Assembly (NCBI GenBank): GCA_050084985.1
Contig: JBITNC010000002.1
Span: 15,066,001 to 15,130,000 of the forward strand
Direction: 5' to 3'
Source: Nageia nagi
Taxonomy: Eukaryota > Plantae > Pinophyta
DNA: 64,000 nt
The notes beneath the pieces are model-generated. The model was not told the DNA's origin. It saw nothing but the letters and a program-made list of their open reading frames with translations, and ran no database searches. Positions 39,560 through 52,499 of the stretch are shown in pieces; position 1 is the first letter of the stretch; every line of letters begins with the position of its first letter. A program made the position numbers and the translations under genes.

Positions 39560-42420
39560 ATGCTGTGGAAGTTGTATGCTGCAAACAACTCAATTCCAAA
39601 GGTGTGAAGCAACATCTCTACCTCAATTGTCTATAAGATCCTTAAACACATGTATCGGAGTACTAATAAGGGTTGAGGACTACTAATGGAGGAGACTTAC
39701 GCTTTGCAATTTTTTTTGTTTTTAGAAACTTGGTAGAGTCTCAGATTGATTGGCAAATTATGAGGCTTAAGGACTAAAACTGAAGAAAAGTTTGCTTCCA
39801 ATCAAGCCTCTCAGTTTTGTGAACGAAGAGTAGTATGGAGGGAATTTATAGCTTTGTACACCCCGTAGCAAAACAAAGTTGCAGAGCAGACGGATTACAC
39901 CATGGAAGAACTGGACAAATGTGCCTTGTAACAGAGATGTATTGTATTAGATAGAGGCAATACAAAAATCAATATGTTCCCTACATAGAAATCAGTCCAA
40001 AGGGGCTTACAAGGAAGAGGGCATTCTCCAAGCAAAGACAACAGTCATTTGCATGTGTTCAGTTTTGTAGCTTATACTTTTTGGAAACTTTTATTTCTTG
40101 GGCATAGGTGAAAGCCTAAGGCTAGAAGTTGATCGATGCTTCTTATAATAAGCCCGTGGTTGGTAGATATATTTTTATAGACACATGCCTTTCTTAATTG
40201 CAAAAAGCCCTTCACGGGATTCTAACTACTTTGATTTTGTTAAGTCAAAATATACCCTTTGTTTTTGAAGTTTGAGTAAAGAATTGGATGAAGTGATGAT
40301 GTTCCATGTTGAAGAATGTCTTAAGGCAATGAGCTTCCATATCCATAGAATCAAAGAAGAACAAGGAGTCAAGGTATACAAATTGCTTATGATCCTAAGC
40401 ATCTCAATTTACTCTCTCAATTTTTCAGATTTCTCTAAATCCAACACACACGAGGCACAAGACAAGTTTGAAAGGGAAAAGATCATGTAGAGAATGTCGG
40501 AGTATGATTCGCCAAGAAACACAATGTGGATATTGATAAGACTTGCCCCCCATAGAAGCAATCCATTATGTAAATGGCAGTTTATGGGTCTTTTGATAAA
40601 TACAAGTCTTGCCTTGTAGCCAAAGGATATGTTCAACACGAAGGACTGGACTCCTAAGAAACTTTTGCTCAAACTAGACCATTGTGACCAACAGACTATA
40701 ATCACCACTATGGCACAAGTTTGAATAGATTGTGTATCAAATGGATGCAAAACATGCCTTTCAAAATGTGAACACGAAGCAGCCAAGGAACTGTCATATT
40801 CTTGTAAAGGAAAGATTGATCAGTTTCTATAAAGACTGGGACTAAATCAACTCTCTATGTCAAACGCACAAATGATGCCATTGTGATTCTGATCATTTAT
40901 GTTGAAGATCTTGTTATCATTGGGAGTGAAACCACTATACTGATCAGGTGAAGTCTCGTCTTTCCAATGCTTTTGACTTGGAAGACTTGGCCCCTTAGAC
41001 ACAAAAAAGAGAACAATGCATTGAAATTAATACATTTTAATATATTTATGTAACAAAAATAGATTAATAGAAAATGCCGTATAAAGATCTTGCAATGAAG
41101 ATTTTGCAAATTGACAAGAGAAGATGCATCTCACATATGTAGATAATAGGATTGGAAGCTTGTTAGCAAACAGCTTGTGTTCACGGAGGGAAAACCCTAC
41201 CTATAACCAATTTAGAGAATGCTAGAGACAATTATGAAAGTGGTAGTCTTGAGAATGATTAGGACATAAAGATTTTGAAAATGTTCATCATGAAGATGAA
41301 TTTATTGGGGATGATGATAGAATTGATATGCAGAGATTTTGGAATGACTTGGCTTAACTACAGGTTTTGTTGAGGCTTGGGATCAAAGCATCCACATTTT
41401 GAACCTATGTTGCTAGAGCACTCGATGTTCTAGGCTCAAGTGTTGGAACACTAGGCATTCTAGCTTGAATGCTACTTTTTGCTCATGCTTTGTTCTTTTG
41501 GTCATTTGGATGATATTGTCATGATGATGGGAGATAATCTTGCATTTTTTCTTTCTTCCTTTGATAAATCTTGATAATGATTGCTTATAATCTTCTCTAA
41601 TCTAAAATGAGCACTTGGGAGTACTTTATAAAGGATTCACAAATTGGATTTTTAGTTCCCTTAGGTAGATCCACATAGAACAATGTGAATAGAAGATAAT
41701 GCTAAATTAGAGAAATTCACTTCAGTTATTCTTGATTTACCCAAAGTGGTGGATCCAAATTGACATTTTACGTATATCAAATAAAACACATAAATAAAAT
41801 GATATTAAATAGCCAAAATGTAAATTAAGTGTCTACAACCCTCTTCGGTATGATGATTCAATAATCTCCAATAAAGTACACCAAAACATTGTCAAAGAAG
41901 TTGATCCATCATCGAACTACTAAACCTATGGAGATTAGTTTGAAGCTCTTAACAAGCATTTATTAATCACTAGTCAAAGATTCATTCTATCATCAATTTG
42001 AAAGCATATGTGAACTGAATTTAGTCTTTGAAGTCATATATCTTTCTCGGATATTGAAAAATCAATAGAAAATTACAAAGAAAGAAAGCAACATTGCATT
42101 ATGTCAATTTGGTAGAATTGGATGAGTCATTTTCTGTTGATATGATATATACATTCAATTTGGCTTGGGTCTATTCATGTTCAAAGAAGTCTACACTTGA
42201 TATTTATTTACTATTTGTTCAAGATCATGTCGTGGCAAAGTAAATAGAAGCCCACAATTGCTTTGTTTTCCATAAAAACAAAGTACAAGGAAGCCATGCA
42301 TGTAGCTTTAAAGGAATATGATTGCGGATTTTAGGTTAATATGGAAATTAGGCAATTCTAACCAACATCACTTTATTGTACCAATTAGATTGTTCCAAAG
42401 TTGGTGAAGAATCCTAGTTA
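39560..42420 (+). mobile_element. Old, highly decayed Copia pol remnant split by a solo LTR
   Basis: YTP*QNKVAE (~39857), [11 protein letters not shown] (~40604), IYVEDLVIIG (~40895), EDL.P|..FGMMIQ across the LTR, and RNase H WQSK*KPTIALFS (~42232). Confidence 0.7.
40995..41837 (-). mobile_element. Solo LTR (TGTAGACAC family)
   Basis: Termini tagacacaaaa... and ...aagtgtctaca, with near-TSD cccct/accct. Shares the gttc(t/a)(t/c)ggaggg(a/c)aaaccct motif with 43205-43450, 57229-57990 and 60650-61083. Confidence 0.6.
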
Positions 42421-43626
42421 AGATACCCATCTTTCCCCACATTCAACACATCGACTCTAAACTTTCTTCCTCCAACAAATTCATCAAAACAACTCCTAAA
42501 CCCTCTTTTGGCAAAATTCAACTCTTCTCTTTGTTTGGCCATCCTTGGTCAAAAAATCAATTGTCTCTTAAATCAATAGATGACATATTCATTTCTGAAA
42601 TCCTAGTTTCATTTAGAGTCTAATGAGTATAAACTTGTATTCCTTAGACAAATTCATTGATATCCAAATCTGGAGTCTTGAGAGAATTATAGATGGTTGG
42701 GATTAGGGCTTGCCTTGGTTTTAGCCTTCACCCTTCTACCTTTGGTCTTGTACATCCTTTTTTGAGTCATTAGGTATCTAGGAAAAGTCACCTTTACATT
42801 AGACTTATGATGCCTAGTCGTTTGCCTTAGTCTTTCTCTACATACTTTTAGTTTTAAACCAGCATTGTGCCCCTCTTCATAAGACTATTAGACTTTATCT
42901 AAAGCCTATTTTCTCCACAAACCTTAGTCTTTCCTAGTGTTATTACGAGTCTTCTTTAGATCCAAGTTATTACAAAAAAGGAGACATCTTTAATTCCACC
43001 CAAACAATGAATCTGCATACCTTCTTCTAAGCCTTTGGCATCACCTTGATCAAATTGATCACAAATCTCGAGTCTAATGGTACAACTCCACCTTATTTGT
43101 TGATCAATTCTTAGTCAAGATTAAATACCTTAATTGAATATTAAAAAAGACTTTAGTAAATAAATTTGAATTCTTAAAGCCTAACCAAATCTATATAGTC
43201 TAATTGTTGATACAAAAATAAAAGGAAATGTATTAAAAATTTAAAACATATAAATTTATTTTGTCTATTGAATGAAAATAGATTAATAGCAATATATAGG
43301 ATCTAACAATTATGATTATATGAAATCACAACAAGATATATAGAAAAGACTTATTTGGAGAGTGGAGGATCATAGGCTTCTTAACAAATAGCTTGTAATC
43401 TTGGAGGGAAACCTAGACACACAGGAAAGCTTCCTTTAGATAGTATGCAAGTCATGAACAAACCAATTTAACAATCATTTAACTAATTTATTATGACTTA
43501 GACCTTTTCTTATATGAAAATAACTAAAATTCTTATACCAAAGTCCACAAGGGGAACAGAGGGTGGTGCAAGGGTTTCTTCCATACCAATTATCCCCATA
43601 CATCTTAGGTATCATTGTCCCTCTTG

Positions 43627-46600
43627 GAGGTTCATTCTAGACGTTTCTGATGTTTCGAAGTGGGGGAACTGACGCAAGAACGTCTCCAAGCATTTTCTCC
43701 CCATTCCCGATCCGTTTCTTGGAAAGGGAATATCTAAGGAGCGACTAGATGCTCCCAGGAACAGCCAAGGAGCGGCTAGCCACTCCTCGACCACTCCTGG
43801 GAGCGTCTGGTGGCTCCTCGCAGGAATAGGCAGAAGCAACATAAAAAAAAATTTCAACTTTACTTAAAAAAAAGGCATGGGGTGGGTCCCACGCATGCTC
43901 CAACCCCCCTAAACCCTAAAAACACAAACATAAAGCTTCCTAATTGCAACCTTGAGGAGCAAATAACAACAGTGAGAAGGAGAAAATATAGTAGTAAGGA
44001 GGAGAAAACAGTAGTGGATGAGGAGGAACCAAGGTACAATTTCTCTCCATTATTCTCTCCCTTTGTGCTACTAATTCTTATTTCGTTATGTTTTTACTAG
44101 ATAGTAGATTCTAAATAGTAAAAAAAGATTCATTTTCCAATTGCTAGAATGAGTGAAAATGAGGGGCATAAATCAAAAAATGAGATGAAACAAGAACAAA
44201 CACAAACTTCTAGAAGGGGCAGCAATATACACATTTATTAGTGCCCATCTTTGTTGTTAAAACCCTATGCCAAAGGACCGTTTGACGTAAAAAACCTTTA
44301 ATTTAGTTTGTTACAAACAATGACAGAAGGAAAAAACTTTAAGGGGGAGGGAGAAATTGTACTTGCCACTTTTGTTCCACTAAATTTTCTGGAAGTTATA
44401 CCAGGGTTGTGTCATACCTAACAAATAGACCAGGGTCAAAGGTGAGAATATGCAAAAGCATGAATAACTTCCAGTTTGTTGAAGCCTCTAGGCTTGACCA
44501 AGGGGGCAACCTTCAAGCACAAGGAGATCCAATATTGAGTCATCCTAGTCGAGCATCATAGTGCTACTACACATGCATCATCATCTTGCACACATCCTTG
44601 TTCTTCTACTTTACCCAATCCTACATTGCCCCCTTCTAGAAAAAGAGGGAACATAGCTGATGCATTGAATTTACAGGTAAAAGAAGTGGTTGATGACTCT
44701 ATGCAACTTGCTTTTTGCACTTGGGTTGCCCTTCCATATTGCACACTCATTTTACTACAAGGATGTATTTGAAAAAGTGAGGGAAGCAAAGCTGTAATAC
44801 GTACTTCCAACAGAGACTAGACTTCGTACTACTCTTTTGGATAGGTAATATTCCAAGTGCACTTTAATGATGGAAAGGATGAAGGCAGCATGGGTGAGCA
44901 ATGGTTGTTCTATAGTGATGGATAAGTGGACTGACATTCGTCAATACCCACTCATCAATATCATTGTTACAGGTTCATAGGGTCCTTCTTTTCTTTGGGC
45001 TATTGATTGCTCAGAGGAAAAGAAAGATGCAGAATTCCAGTTTGTTCTTTTGAAGAACGCTATTGAGGAGGTTGGACCCTTCAATGTTGTGCAGGTAAAC
45101 ACTTTGAAAGTTTTAAGTTTAAATTTTTAATTATAATTTAAAAACTTTATTTGTTTTAAATTTTAAATATTTTAGTGTTCAAATAGTCAACCTCCTATTT
45201 TTTTTTTGTCTTGTAGGTCATTAGAGATGCAACCTCTGTTTGTCAGCATGCAAGGAAGTTGATAGATGGCCATTCGAAACATATTTATTGGAACCCATGT
45301 TGTGTACATACATTGAATAATGCATTGAAAGACATTGAGAAGATACCATGGGTGAAGAACATGGTTGCAGAGGCTAAAGACTTACAAATGTTTATTTCCA
45401 ACCGTCACATTTCATTAGCCCTCTTTCGTTCCTTCTCAAATAAGGAGTTTATCAAACCTACTGAGACAAGATATGCCACATATTTTCTTCTATTAGAGAG
45501 GATGCTTGAGGTGGAGCATGCATTGCAAAGCATGGTAGTGACTCAAGCATGGAGGAGGTGGCCAAAATCTCAAACAGATGAAGGAAAAAGACTTAGAGAC
45601 AAAGTCTTAGATAATCATTGGTGATATGATGTCAGGTAAGTGAAGTTTCACTTTGTAGTTTTAATTTTAATTTTTTTATTATTGATGATTGATTGATGTC
45701 AATGTTTATAGCATTATGTAGTATGTAGTTTTTTAACTTTCTTTCTTTAATCCTTGTAGGTACCTTGTATCTTTCATTAATCCTATCCATGTTGTCATAA
45801 GGTTTGCTGATATAAATTCTTCCAATTTATGAGAGATATATGAAACTTTTGACAGCATGCTTGAGGAAATCAAAAGGATTATTTATGCTAAAGATCCTTC
45901 ATTTTATGAATAGCAAATCAAACCATTATAGCGAAGAGGTAACTGTAACTTTCTAACAAATGTTGATTGTTAAAACTTTATTGTAGTTTTAATTTGAATT
46001 GTTTTTAACTTTTTTAAATTAACTTTTTGATTTCTTATAGGTGGGATAAGATAAACACCTCTCTTCATATGGCTGCCCATGTATTGAATCCAAAATGGTA
46101 TGTACCTATGGATGGCAAAAAAACACCCAATAATGATCAAGAAGTGAAAGATGGGTTTAAGAAGTTCATTAGTAAGGTGTATACATTGGAGGAGAGTGCC
46201 ATCATTAAATCAGAATTCATGCAATTTGTGAGATTGAGGGGTCCTCGATTTAGCACACTAGACTGCAGAGAGGATAGGGCTACCCTTGCCCAAATAGATC
46301 CCATTGGATGGTAGGATATATATGGTTGGTAGATGAAGTTCCTAAACCCTAAAAAAAACCTTAAACCCTAAAGGAGCTTGCAATCAGGAGAGTGCCATCA
46401 TTAGATCAGAATTCATACAATTTGTGAGACTGAGGGGTCCTCGATTTAGCACACTAGACTACAGAGAGGATAGGGCTACCCTTGCCCAAATAGATCCCAC
46501 TGGATTGTAGGATATATATGGTTGGTAGATGAAGTTCCTAAACCCTAAACCCTAAAACCTTAAAGGAGCTTGCAGTCAGGCTCCTTTCTCAGGTTGGTAG

Positions 46601-47501
46601 ATGAAGTTCTTATTGATATAAAGAATTTGAAATTTAAATGATTGTTTCTAAATTAAAATTTCTAATTCTAAATTTATCAAATACTTTAGTAGGTTGGTAG
46701 TTCATCTGCTACAGAAAGGAATTGGTCCACCCATGGCTTCATCCATAGCATGAGGAGGAATAGGCTTACCCTAAGAGAGCAGAGAAGCTAGTAGCAATGC
46801 ATAGCTATCTTCGCCCTAGAGAGACAGTTAAGCCTGAGTACAAGGCTAGTCCAGCTGGACGATAGGATTTTGATCCTATGGAGGCAGCTAATCTTGAGGT
46901 TGATGATAATGTACAGGGGTTGGTAGGATTCCCGTTGGAGGATTTCCACTTGGATGAGGAGAGCAGCTCATCAGATAGCCTTTTTGACGAAGAGGATGAT
47001 ATTGATTACAATAAAGATTTATTAGTAGCACATGAGCCCTTAGAGCCATAGTTTGGTAGTTGTGATTTTGGCATTTTGCAACCTACTATTATGATTTTTG
47101 AGTATTTTTTATTTGAGATTTCAAATCTATCCTATTCCTAATGTACTAGACTGATTCAGATTTCTGATTTATTTCAGATCTATCATATTCCTAATGTACT
47201 AGATTGATTCAAATTTCTGATTTAATGATATTATGGTGTTATGATCATTGATTATGGCTCATTTTGATATTATGTTTCAATGTTTCATATGATTGAATTG
47301 ATAATATTATAACAAAATTGAATTAGAAACAATCACATTTAAAAAATCTAAAAATTTCAAGATTTTTTACTAGGATTATACTAACCACTCCCCTTGTCAT
47401 TTTCGGGGCACTCCTTAAAAATGACCTCAGCCATTCCCATACTTGAGAACGCATTCCCACTGCTCCCCACTCTACTGTTTCCGACACACAATGAATCCTT
47501 G
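43627..47501 (+). mobile_element. hAT DNA transposon with spliced, pseudogenised transposase (BED-like finger, DUF659, hATC dimerisation); CDS ~44149-47040
   Basis: AAWVSNGCSIVMDKWTDIRQYPLINIIVT, LKNAIEEVGPFNVVQ|V, YWNPCCVHTLNNALKDI, PTETRYAT, LHMAAHVLNPKWY and LAVRLLSQ|VGSSSATERNWSTHGFIHSMRRNRL. GT-AG introns at 45095-45216, 45636-45759, 45939-46040 and 46593-46692. Degenerate TIRs ggaggttcattc / caatgaatccttg; no TSD found, so the ends are approximate. Confidence 0.9.
46190..46580 (+). repeat. ~196-bp tandem duplication inside the transposase, each copy carrying CCCTAAA-type repeats
   Basis: ggagagtgccatcatta...ggagcttgca(a/g)tcagg starts at 46191 and again at 46387. Confidence 0.9.
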
Positions 47502-47506
47502 ATATA

Positions 47507-47617
47507 TAAAGATTTTGCCTCCTTTTTGGTTTAATTGACTCATCCTTAAAATTTCATTTAATGCATATATATATATAAGGATGAGTCAATTGAACCAAAA
47601 AGGAGGCAAAATCTTTA
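47507..47617. repeat. Near-perfect inverted repeat: 42-bp arms, 27-nt spacer
   Basis: 47507-47548 is the reverse complement of 47576-47617 with one mismatch. Confidence 0.95.
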
Positions 47618-47736
47618 AAGATGTAAAAGTCTCAAAGCACCAATATCATTTATTGTCAAATTTACTGAATCCTGTTTCACTATCTCATTTCACAATCAAA
47701 CAAACACAACTTCAAATTCCTGCTATGTGTACTTAC

Positions 47737-47849
47737 CCATGAACTTCATGGAGTCTGAATGGAACTTTTGCTTTGTCCTTGGCTACAGTACCTTTGGTCC
47801 TCCTTGAAACTCCAATGTACAGTGCTCCACTTAATATGTCACCTTCTAC
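47737..47849 (-). CDS. Penultimate coding exon (113 bp) of the same FIST-domain gene
   Basis: ggcAG|GTAGAA...CATGG|GTAAGT encodes VEGDILSGALYIGVSRRTKGTVAKDKAKVPFRLHEVH+GG. The phase-2 join to 28544 restores ...HEVHGADEEYLFV..., matching the family pattern LYIGV..RR...H.V.G.DEEYL.V.G.GIKT.D.F.FY. Confidence 0.88.
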
Positions 47850-48299
47850 CTGCCGAAATAGTTGAATAATTTTTAAGAGAAACATAATCATAACAAGAAT
47901 TAAAAATTGTCAAAAGTCAATGATAATTACTTTCTTAAGATCAAAGAAATTGCTAAAAACAGAACTTGCTTTGCAGAGTATATATTAGTTGCCAGCTTTA
48001 AGCATCCTGAGAGGTAAGACTATAAAAGAAGATAAGAAGCTGATAATAGATCATGTTAGGACTGCTTGAGCTGTGGACAAGAGGTAAAAGATGGTCCATG
48101 ATGTTGAATGTTAACACGTTTCTCCTATCTTGTGAATGGAAGGTTATCCTGGAGACTCATGCAACACCCCAAGAAGGAAGCAATGATTGCACATATCTTA
48201 CATTACCGACAACCTTGTTATTAGTAGTAACATCAAAATGAAGTTTGGTTCCACCACCATCCCAGGGAGAAGCAAAAGAGATGACTAATATAGTTGTTT

Positions 48300-48900
48300 T
48301 TTGAGACCTCCAGCAAGGTTCAATGCCTATGAGTAATCATTTTCTGGTGGTAAAAACTCAGGCACATTTGGTTGAGGAAACAAAATAACACAAAATGTAA
48401 TCCTCTTTTAAGTCATTGGATAAGCAATGCTGTAATAGTAGTACCTCCCTCAAATCGGATATTGGATAGAATATCTCGAGATAAAATGTTATTCTATTTT
48501 CACTTCCTAAAGGTAACAAAGATCGTAGATCCTACCATTTGTAAGAATATGGTAGTTTGTTTCTACTCGCAATTGGTGGAAGCATCCTCTAAGTTTGGGC
48601 AACTGGGATACAAAGGCCACGAGTCCAATGCTGTTCAGCATAATCAAGAAAAGTGATGATGCTGTCCTCAATATACATGAAATGTTGAGGATAGAAAGCC
48701 ATTTTGAGGGATGGGGTGGTAAGATCCATGTAGCCTAAATGCATTGTTGACAGATAAAGTCTTTGATTGCTTTATTGATCACCCTCCCATTAAGAGAAAA
48801 GAGGAAACCATTTTATAAAAATGCTAAAGGAGTGAAGAATAATATTGGCCTCTAAGTATCAACCTCAATTTCGTCAACCTAAACTCCTAAAGGTAACCCA
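48300..48900 (-). mobile_element. Probable decayed LINE RT remnant
   Basis: Weak RT-like fragments on - (RPI near 48845, FLSSTFH near 48690). Heavily eroded. Confidence 0.3.
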
Positions 48901-50419
48901 CTATGAGAAGAAAATGGCTAAGTAGGGCTATATGTTTATGCTCAACGTGCAATTATCATGGACTTAAGTCTACGAAGATGAAAGATACTGTACAAATGCT
49001 CTCAATATGAACAGGTTGAGCACAAAACGCAGCTTCAACAAAACATTACAGAACTGTCTTCTTACAATAAATCACGTGTCGGAGGTGGGTGTGAACTTGT
49101 TCAATATGTGCACAATATACATGCCTTAAAATTGGGCTGCATACCTCACAACCATAAAGGATAGTACATTTGATGATACAATCAAAGGGATGCATCTTTA
49201 TAAGAAGAATGTCCTAGAAATGTTTCTGGAAAAAATGGCATCCGAAAGTAGGGAGAGAAGCACGTCCCTCACATTCATGACTATGGCAATCTCATTGCCA
49301 TTGGCTTTGCCCTCTTCCATTGTCATTGACACTCTTCTAGTTGTTGCCATTCCACCTCTAATTCATGTTTCTCGTAATTGGAGTCAATTGAAATCTCTTG
49401 CTTGCTATTGGTATTAGTAGTTGAGTCCTTGCTACTTGAGCAAAAGGATGCACCTCTTAATTGATGGTTGTTGCTTGCCATATCATTGCCACTAGCATTG
49501 TGCCTCCTTCCATTGTCATCAACTATTTTGTTGTTTCCACCATTTCACCTCTTATTCATCTTGGGTCTCATTGGTATTTACATTGATCTCTTGCTCATTA
49601 ATGATCCATGTAGTTTCTGTAGCTTCATCAATGAGGATCCTTCCTGCATTTGTACAATCATTGATAAGGATCCTTTCATCATTGATATCTTCACCAAGAA
49701 AACTTGTCTTTGTGTCCATATCTTTATTGATGGTCCTTCATTAATTTATTTCATCATCCTTGTGGGCCCATTATTCAACAAGCATCTCCACACCTTGTTT
49801 TGCACTATGTTTATGCAAATTATTTCATAAAGAATCCTTGGGATTACCTTGTTCTTCTCCCAAGTTTGTTCTCATGGTTAAGCGCTACTTTGTGATAATT
49901 TTCTTTGTTTGTGACATACCTTGAGTTGCATCATTGACCACTAGGTGAATAAGCTTGCTTCTAGATGCATATGTTCAAATGTTTGTAGCATCTCCAGCTC
50001 TTGTGAATTATTTTTTTGACGGAGTTGTGTACTTTTTTTTCTTTTTTGGAATTGTGTTTACTCGCTTTTAAGGTTGGTTGCTTTTAACAAAGGTATGGCT
50101 TGAAATCCCTTTTGCAGTTTATGAATCAATCAGCAAGAAATGCCTTCCACATTATTCACAGGACAAAGAACAATTTTCTTGTGAGTTCCAAATCTGCATC
50201 GTTGACAGCCCTATTTAGATGGGCCAGGAGATTTTAAGCAAGGACAACAAATATGAGATATTTTAAAGAATAAGCTTTTGAAATTTAATGGCATCCCTTT
50301 GTCACTTTGAAGAGCTAATGGTGAAACTTAATGGCATATCTTTTTCACTTTGAAGAGCTAATGGTGTTTATCTGGACTTCATTCTTGAATTTTCTTTAGG
50401 TTCTTAAGCATGTTTAGTT

Positions 50420-50770
50420 TTTAGTTTTTACTATGCATGATAAGGTATTAGAGAAAGATTTTACACGGTGTTGCATTAGTTGTTTGAATTAGTATTAGAG
50501 CTCAAAAGTTTCATTTGCCAACACACATGTTGATGACAGCTGCCTATCATTATATTTTGGCTTCTGTATTACTCTTTGCTGATTATGTGGTTCTTCTCGC
50601 TCAATCCTCAAAAGGCTTACAATGGTAGTTAAATGCTGTTGGTCAATTTTGTAAACATTACCAATTTGTAGTCAACCTTGAGAAAACTATGGTTATGTTT
50701 TGTAATACCTTGAAGATGTGTTATCCATGTTCCATTTCTTGTACAGGGGTAATCCAATAGAAATGGCTAC
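50420..50770 (+). mobile_element. LINE RT remnant (RTE/L2-like)
   Basis: LLFADYVVLLAQSSKGLQW*LNAVGQFCKHYQFVVNLEKTMVM. Confidence 0.75.
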
Positions 50771-51469
50771 ATAGAAGTTCAATTATGAATTCTTCCCTCA
50801 ATCTCTTGTTTTCATAATTACAAATAGGATCACCTTACAATGTCTTCTAATCATAGGAAAATAAGGCATCTTATTGCGAGAATAAAGGCAATTGAGAAAA
50901 GGAAGGATCGAATTTGGAAGAAGGCAAAGAAGAGAGAAGAAGAAATCAAGTAAAAGAAATGGTCAATAATTGCAAAGCAAATAAACCATACTATGAGACT
51001 TCTACAAAATCATCACAAATCCTATAATAATTTTGGTGAATTTGTTTTATTTAACTTTGATATATATTTTTATAGAACTTTACAAAAATACTACCATTTA
51101 TTTTATAAATTTTCAACCAATTGGATGCTTAAATTTTGTGTATATATATATATATAATCATGTTTTAATACAAAAATAAGATGCGTATAGTAAATTACAG
51201 AGCAAATTTCTTGCATAACCATAGAGAACAAGGAAACGTTGTTGAATACTTATGAGGGATGCACTCTTACACCTTTGAGGATACTTCGCTCTTCCACCTT
51301 TTTGTATTTTCTTTCCTCTTTGATCCTCCAAGATCAAGGCTCCAAACAACTATGACCTTCTTCCAAATGAAAAATTAATTATGGCTAGCTTGCTACAGCC
51401 ATAATGGAAAACAAATAATGGAAAATTAATCTTGAAGATTCAATGCGAGATCATTGATCAAACTCCAAA

Positions 51470-51700
51470 ATGAGGTCATCTTAGCTTAATTGGAAAACTC
51501 TATGGCACTAGACCTTAGATTGATCTTGTTAGGAAATGATAAAAGTTTAGATATAAGATCAAAGGAATCTTGGAAGTCATAGTTTTGCCCAATGATTACT
51601 TAATATTTACTTTCAAATTTGTAGATAGGAACTATGTGTTGAGCACTCTATGGTTCTTTGGAAAATGGAGATTAGTTTTGGAGAGATGGAGTGACAAGCA
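51470..51700 (+). mobile_element. L1 ORF1 (DUF4283-like) remnant
   Basis: LPNDYLIFTFKFVDRNYVLSTLWFFGKWRLVLERW. Confidence 0.6.
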
Positions 51701-52499
51701 ACAAGAGGTGCATCCTTTTGCTCAAGGAACAAGTAATCAACTACTTTGACTGATTACGTAAAGGGGCATTCTACAATGACAGGCAGGGGGGTAGAGAGCT
51801 CATTTGTCACTTGTGTGTAAGTTTAACGATAATCCAATGATTGAAAATGATCCACAACTATAACATTTGTATAGATAGATGGTTAAAATTAATCCATAAC
51901 TATAACAATTGTATGAATAGATGGTTGAAATTAATCTACACCTCTTTTTTTATATTAAACTGTTGTTTATATTTAATTATTGTTATGTGATATTTATTGC
52001 ATATTTATTTATAATTTTCTTTTTGTATTTTTATTTAATAATATTTAAGATATTTAAAATAGGCACCTAGAGATTGATACCTCTCAACATTTTATAGATA
52101 TGTATTTAAGATATCTAAGCTAGTTTGTAATTGAGCATCAAAACTATGGACAAGCTCCACTCACAAATTTATAATTTTGCATAATTAACTTAGTGCTCAA
52201 TGCCTAATGGAATGAAACTGCTAAATATTGAAACCTGACTTAAAACTCAACAAGCATTCTATGAAAACATACACACAGTGAACACTGGAATTACAGTGGA
52301 AAACCCAAAAGGGTAAAAACCACAGTGAATGAGCTTTGGATGCATATTGAGTACAAGCAAATGGAAAAATCAATAGCTTTGAAAGTTTTGCATAACAATT
52401 TACACCATCGCAACTAAATTCAATCAATTATATTGTCATAATTGTCCTTCAACCTATTATTCCTTCTTACTTGCCTCAACTTAAAAACTCAAACTTAGT

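Larger units (their letters stand above)
28545..47736 (-). other. 19,192-bp GT-AG intron of the FIST gene, filled with TEs
   Basis: Canonical GTAAGT donor at 47736 and CAG acceptor ending at 28545. Reading frame and protein motif are continuous across the junction. Confidence 0.85.

Noticed and set aside
49190-49830. Hydrophobic ORFs suggesting a membrane protein
   Set aside because: Low-complexity T/C-rich repeat sequence, probably TE-internal; no family motif
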